Assembly (NCBI GenBank): GCA_032249235.1
Contig: JAVVGF010000002.1
Location: 128,001 to 192,000 of the forward strand
DNA: 64,000 nucleotides
From: Thermoproteota archaeon
GTDB taxonomy: Archaea; Thermoproteota; Thermoprotei; Gearchaeales; Gearchaeaceae
Direction of reading: 5' to 3'
Under the pieces are notes generated by a model. The model saw only the letters and a program-made list of their open reading frames with translations. It searched no databases and was not told the origin of the DNA. Positions 59,365 through 64,000 of this stretch are shown piece by piece (positions within the stretch are counted from its first letter, which is position 1; each line of letters begins with the position of its first letter). Both the position numbers and the translations under genes were made by a program.

Positions 59365-60074
59365 TTTAAATTGTTAATTATTAAATCACATAATTTATCT
59401 GCTAAATCATCATATGAATTATATTCAATAAGTTTAGGCTTTCGTTGATTTAAAACTTTCACACTTAGAGTCTTCGTTTTGTTGGTTATAGCCTTGATTC
59501 CAAGAAAATTTGCATCCCAAATCTTTACTTCCTTAGGCTTAAAATCCCGAATAGGCCTAGCATTATAAGCTAGCGCATCTAACATGCTAACCACAAGCGG
59601 CATACGAGCTTCTTTAACATATAAATCACCATAATAAACGCATTCACAAACTATTCTGCTATCTTCAGACCATGCTTTGATTGCTCTAGAAATATGGGGT
59701 AAATTAAGCTTTTCTGCTATCAAATAAGGCAAAATCCAATCACTTGTATCTTGAGAAAATTCACCGAACATTAAGACATCAAAAGGTTTTGATTTCCTTA
59801 TAGCAGCTAATAAAACTTCAGACTTTGCAAATACATCTATATTTGAAAATAATGGGTCGGTAATTAAATAGGCTTCAGTGGCTCCATACAATTCATTTAA
59901 ATAAGGAATAAATTGTTTATCTCCTATCGAAAATACCACTACATCCCCTCCTCTAAGTTTTATAATCTTAGAGGCCTCAGCTAAAGCGACTTTTTCTGAA
60001 GCGTTTATGCTAAATCTGTATGCTTGATTTAATTCGCCAATCGCAATAGGTTTTACAAATACTGCAATTCTCAT
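59361..60074 (-). CDS. etfB: Electron transfer flavoprotein beta (divergent)
   Basis: MRIAVFVK, ALAEA, FSIG, IAEKLNLP. Confidence 0.78.
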   Translation of the reverse strand: MRIAVFVKPIAIGELNQAYRFSINASEKVALAEASKIIKLRGGDVVVFSIGDKQFIPYLNELYGATEAYLITDPLFSNIDVFAKSEVLLAAIRKSKPFDVLMFGEFSQDTSDWILPYLIAEKLNLPHISRAIKAWSEDSRIVCECVYYGDLYVKEARMPLVVSMLDALAYNARPIRDFKPKEVKIWDANFLGIKAITNKTKTLSVKVLNQRKPKLIEYNSYDDLADKLCDLIINNLK

Positions 60075-60122
60075 TATTCAATAGAATAAGTCAAGTTTTT
60101 TAAATTTAGCATTCAAAATTGA

Positions 60123-60971
60123 TTGGTGAACTACGATTATTTAATACCTCTAGTGAAAAGATGGGTTGCAGGTAAAACTTTAGATGAAGCTTTGATCGTT
60201 GCAAGACAAGCAAATATGAAAGGCTATTATGTCGTTTTAAATTATCTAGGTGAAGAGATCACAGATGAAAAGCAAATCAGGCATACCGTCCTCGAATATA
60301 AAAAAATAATAGATGTAATAAGAAGGGAAAAAATAAATGCTGCCATAGCTTTGAAATTAACTCAATTGGGATTATCATTAAATGAAAGTCTATGTGAAGA
60401 TAATTTAAATGAAATAGTCAAGTATGCTAAAAATAACAAGCTTACTGTTTGGATAGATATGGAAAACTCTAAATATACAGATAAAACAATAAAGATCTAC
60501 TTGGAATTTTTGAAAGAATACGATGAAATCGGTGTAGCAATACAGGCATATCTGAAAAGAGGTTTTGAACTTGCGAAATTAGTAGCAGCAAATGATGGAA
60601 TGATAAGATTAGTAAAAGGAGCCTATAAGGAACCTAGTTCAATAGTTTATACTTCGAAAGAGGAAATTAACAGAAACTTTAATGAAATAATGCAATACTT
60701 ATTCGAAAAAAGGATAAGATTGGAATTAGGGACTCATGATGAAAAACTTGTTTACAATGCTATAAAGCTCATTCTCAAAACAAAGCATAATATAGAATTC
60801 GCTTTTTTAAGAGGGATAAGGAACGATTTAAAGAGCTGGTTAGTGAAAGAAGGATTCAAAGTTGTAGAATATATTCCTTACGGGCCTTCTTGGAAAGATT
60901 ATGTATATCGAAGAATAAGAGAGAAAAGATCCAATATTTTATTGGCTCTTACTTCTATATTTACCAAGTAA
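60123..60971 (+). CDS. Monofunctional proline dehydrogenase
   Basis: RWVAG, KLTQLG, IDME, QAYL, RLVKGAYKE, GTHD, YIPYG, YVYRRI. Confidence 0.93.
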   Translation: MVNYDYLIPLVKRWVAGKTLDEALIVARQANMKGYYVVLNYLGEEITDEKQIRHTVLEYKKIIDVIRREKINAAIALKLTQLGLSLNESLCEDNLNEIVKYAKNNKLTVWIDMENSKYTDKTIKIYLEFLKEYDEIGVAIQAYLKRGFELAKLVAANDGMIRLVKGAYKEPSSIVYTSKEEINRNFNEIMQYLFEKRIRLELGTHDEKLVYNAIKLILKTKHNIEFAFLRGIRNDLKSWLVKEGFKVVEYIPYGPSWKDYVYRRIREKRSNILLALTSIFTK

Positions 60972-61454
60972 TCTTTTACAGGAATTGCAGTATCTATAAG
61001 ATTTTCTATCAGTATCCTCAATTGAATTGCTGAAATACATTACACATGATTTATTTTTACAATGACTTAATCCTAGCATATGACCTAATTCATGCATAAC
61101 TTCTTTTTTTAATCTTTCTTGAAATAGAACAGGATCATCTTCTAAGCCATAAAAACTTTGCTTTAGTCTAGCTGTCGAAACTATTCCTTTGTTTGTATAT
61201 GCAACACCAAAACAATAGTTAAAAGCTGGCACGAATATGTCTTCATCAATAATTAAAAGATAATAATCATTTCCAGATTCACCGAATAAATCAAAGAGTT
61301 TTAAGGCGTTATACTGATTTCTCTCCTTATTGAAGGCTGGCTTCAAGTCAAGCTTTATTTTATCAAATAGAATTTCTACATCACCGATTTCTTCTTTTAT
61401 GATTTCTTTTAATTCTTCATATATCATGTTTGTTGAATAAATGTGTATCCTCAT
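60939..61454 (-). CDS. amzA: Archaemetzincin Zn metalloprotease
   Basis: HELGHMLGLSHC...CVMYFSN...D...C..C. Confidence 0.93.
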   Translation of the reverse strand: MRIHIYSTNMIYEELKEIIKEEIGDVEILFDKIKLDLKPAFNKERNQYNALKLFDLFGESGNDYYLLIIDEDIFVPAFNYCFGVAYTNKGIVSTARLKQSFYGLEDDPVLFQERLKKEVMHELGHMLGLSHCKNKSCVMYFSNSIEDTDRKSYRYCNSCKRLLGKYRSKSQ

Positions 61455-61774
61455 GGCATCCAGTTGCTTTCTTTAACTACATAATCTTTTATTTCATTAA
61501 CCTTCATAAATAACCAATTGCCATTATAAATCGCTAGGACGGCTTCTCTTTGCTTATATGCATCAAACAAGTCAAGCCATTCAAATAATCTTTTGACTTG
61601 AACGCTTTTCACTTTATTCTTTTTATACTTAACCTCAAATATTGCAATTCTATCAGCCTTGGTAGCTATTACATCAATAACGCTTGCAGGAACCCTTTTA
61701 CTTTTCCAACCTTTTTGTTTCAAATATTCTACTAGCTTTCTCTCATATCTTTTTCCTTTAGATCTAGCTGACAT
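61451..61774 (-). CDS. hjc: Hjc-family Holliday junction resolvase
   Basis: GKRYER, RVPAS, DVIA, FEVK (PD-(D/E)xK). Confidence 0.78.
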   Translation of the reverse strand: MSARSKGKRYERKLVEYLKQKGWKSKRVPASVIDVIATKADRIAIFEVKYKKNKVKSVQVKRLFEWLDLFDAYKQREAVLAIYNGNWLFMKVNEIKDYVVKESNWMP

Positions 61775-61806
61775 TTAAATGACAAGATATAATTATGATT
61801 TATAAT

Positions 61807-64000
61807 ATGAAAATTAAGGTCTTAGAAAATAAGTATGATCCCGTAGCAATAGAAGAAAATGTATTCAAATTTTGGTCAGAGCACGATATATATAAAAAGA
61901 TAAAAAACAAGAATAAAGGAAAAGCGAAATTTTATTTTCTTGACGGGCCGCCTTACGTAACAAATCCAATTCATGTAGGAACAGCATGGAACAAAATAAT
62001 CAAAGATTCATATTTGCGATACTTTAGAATGAAAGGATATGATGTCTGGGATATACCTGGCTTCGATATGCATGGTCTTCCTATCGAAGTACAAGTTGAA
62101 CAATTACTGAAGATAAAAACTAAGAAAGATTTAGAAAAGTTTGGAATCGATAAATTCATTTTTGAATGTAAAAATTATGCTTTAAAAAATCTTTCAATAC
62201 AGGAGAAACAGTTCAAAGAACTTGGAGTCATGATGGATTGGGAAAACGCCTATATGACGATCAAAAATGAATATATAGAAGGAGTATGGTATTTCATAAA
62301 ACGCGCTCATGAAAAGGGTTTATTGTTTAAAGGAAACCAAGTAGTTCATTGGTGTCCTAGGTGTGAAACTGTCTTAGCTGGATATGAAGTTGCTGAGGGA
62401 TATAAAGAAAAAGAGGATCCTTCAATATATGTTAAATTCAAATTAGTTGATGAAAATGCATACATATTAATTTGGACAACGACACCATGGACATTACCTT
62501 CTAACGTAGCAGTAGCAGTGCATCCTAAGGAAGATTATGTTTATGCGATGGATGAAAGTGGAGATGTCTTAATACTTGCTGAAAAAAGACTAGAAGCAGT
62601 TGAAGAAGAAACAGGTAAAAAGCTTAAAGTCTTGAAGAAAATTAAAGGTTCAGAGCTTCAAGGAAGAAAATACATAATGCCCTTAGAAGCTATTCTAAAA
62701 GTACAGAAGCAGATTGAACACAAAATAGTTACCAGTGAAGAATTCGTTACAACGCTTGAAGGTACAGGCTGTGTTCATATGGCTCCTGGACATGGTATAG
62801 AAGACTTTCAATTAGGTAAAATTTATGGTCTTAAAGTATTATCGCCTGTAGATGCTTCAGGAAAATTTGAAGAAGAAATTGAAAGATATGCTGGAATGTA
62901 TGTATTTGAGGCTAATGATTTAATAATCCAAGATTTAAAGTCTCTGAATGCTCTATTTTATGCTGGAAAAATAACGCATAGATATCCGCATTGTTGGAGA
63001 TGTAAGAATCCTTTAATTTTAAGACTTTCAGATCAATGGTTCTTAGACGTTCCAAAAATAAAGGATATTTTGATTGAAGAAGCAAGAAAAATAAATTGGG
63101 TTCCTTCTGGATCTTTAGAAAACAGAGTCATACCTTGGCTTTCAAATGCTCATGAATGGGCTTTGAGCAGACAAAGATACTGGGGCATACCTTTGCCTAT
63201 TTGGATATGCGAAAATTGTGGACATATTCAAGTAATAGGTTCATTACAAGAACTTTTAAGCAAAGCAATAAAATTGCCTTCTTCAGATATAGACCTTCAT
63301 AAACCTTGGGTTGATGGTGTTGAAATAAAATGCGAAAAATGTGGTTCAAATTCAAAAAGGATACCAGATGTGCTAGACGTATGGGTTGATTCAGGAGCGG
63401 CTTCATGGTCTAGCTTAGGTTATCCTGGAAAATTTGAGAACTTCAATCGTTTATTCCCTGCAGATTTGATTATAGAAGGACCTGATCAAATAAGAGGTTG
63501 GTTTTATAGTTTGCTAGTTACTGGTGTTGTAACAATTGACAAAGCTCCTATGAGGAATGTATTGATTCATGGTTGGTCTCTGGATGAAACAGGTAGAGCA
63601 ATGCATAAGAGTCTAGGAAATGTAATCAATCCAGAAGATGTAATCCCAAAATTCGGAAGAGATACGCTTCGAATATATGAACTTTCTAATACTACATGGG
63701 AAGATTTGAAGTTTTCGATGTCGAAGTTACAAGAATATTTCAAGATCGTTAATATAATTTGGAATACCTTCTATTTTTGTTCATTATACATGAATATCGA
63801 TGCATTTGATCCTAAAAAATTCAAGGCTTTTGAATATCTAGAGCCTGAAGATGTATGGTTAATAAACAGAATAAATGAAATAAAAGCGAAAGTAGATGAG
63901 GCTTTCTCTAAATTTGAATCATTTGAAGCATTGAGACTGCTTTTAAACTTCATCATAGAAGATGTAAGCAGATGGTATATTAGATTAATAAGAAGAAGGG
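61807..64000 (+). CDS. ileS: Isoleucine--tRNA ligase, 3' truncated by window edge; not in ORF track
   Basis: MKIKVLENKYDP..., LDGPPY, HVGTAWNK, DMHGLPIE, WTTTPWTLP, GTGCVHMAPGHG, SRQRYWG, AMHKSLGN. Confidence 0.96.
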   Translation, partial: MKIKVLENKYDPVAIEENVFKFWSEHDIYKKIKNKNKGKAKFYFLDGPPYVTNPIHVGTAWNKIIKDSYLRYFRMKGYDVWDIPGFDMHGLPIEVQVEQLLKIKTKKDLEKFGIDKFIFECKNYALKNLSIQEKQFKELGVMMDWENAYMTIKNEYIEGVWYFIKRAHEKGLLFKGNQVVHWCPRCETVLAGYEVAEGYKEKEDPSIYVKFKLVDENAYILIWTTTPWTLPSNVAVAVHPKEDYVYAMDESGDVLILAEKRLEAVEEETGKKLKVLKKIKGSELQGRKYIMPLEAILKVQKQIEHKIVTSEEFVTTLEGTGCVHMAPGHGIEDFQLGKIYGLKVLSPVDASGKFEEEIERYAGMYVFEANDLIIQDLKSLNALFYAGKITHRYPHCWRCKNPLILRLSDQWFLDVPKIKDILIEEARKINWVPSGSLENRVIPWLSNAHEWALSRQRYWGIPLPIWICENCGHIQVIGSLQELLSKAIKLPSSDIDLHKPWVDGVEIKCEKCGSNSKRIPDVLDVWVDSGAASWSSLGYPGKFENFNRLFPADLIIEGPDQIRGWFYSLLVTGVVTIDKAPMRNVLIHGWSLDETGRAMHKSLGNVINPEDVIPKFGRDTLRIYELSNTTWEDLKFSMSKLQEYFKIVNIIWNTFYFCSLYMNIDAFDPKKFKAFEYLEPEDVWLINRINEIKAKVDEAFSKFESFEALRLLLNFIIEDVSRWYIRLIRRR

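Noticed and set aside
1-64000. CRISPR arrays, IS elements, integrase/att site at tRNA-Gly, defence island
   Set aside because: No repeat-spacer pattern, transposase, integrase or duplicated tRNA 3' end seen by eye; composition looks uniform and content is housekeeping.

Overview
AT-rich archaeal chromosome segment made almost entirely of housekeeping genes. Cren7, aKMT, eS25, Rpo12, an EndA with a crenarchaeal-type loop and a Sulfolobus-like A-type ATP synthase point to a TACK/Thermoproteota lineage. It holds DNA ligase, GlyRS, ValRS, a partial IleRS, Lhr, PINA, a Hjc-like resolvase, TruD, HMG-CoA reductase, UppS, lipid-linked glycosylation genes, a B12-type ECF module, NAD salvage/repair genes and an ETF/ProDH/acyl-CoA dehydrogenase cluster. 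I saw no mobile element, CRISPR array or rRNA. Features absent from the ORF track: tRNA-Gly(GCC), a dual-guide box C/D sRNA, rpo12, cren7, a 47-aa ATPase-operon ORF, ileS and a decayed surface-protein gene. The three best leads are: (1) the C/D sRNA, whose guides fit 23S positions equivalent to yeast Am2256 and Am2281; (2) a DPM2-like membrane protein head-to-head with uppS; (3) an lhr gene whose start codon joins the main frame only by a -1 shift at U-UUU-UUC. All family calls are motif recognition by eye, and reference sequences are recalled from memory; no searches were run.
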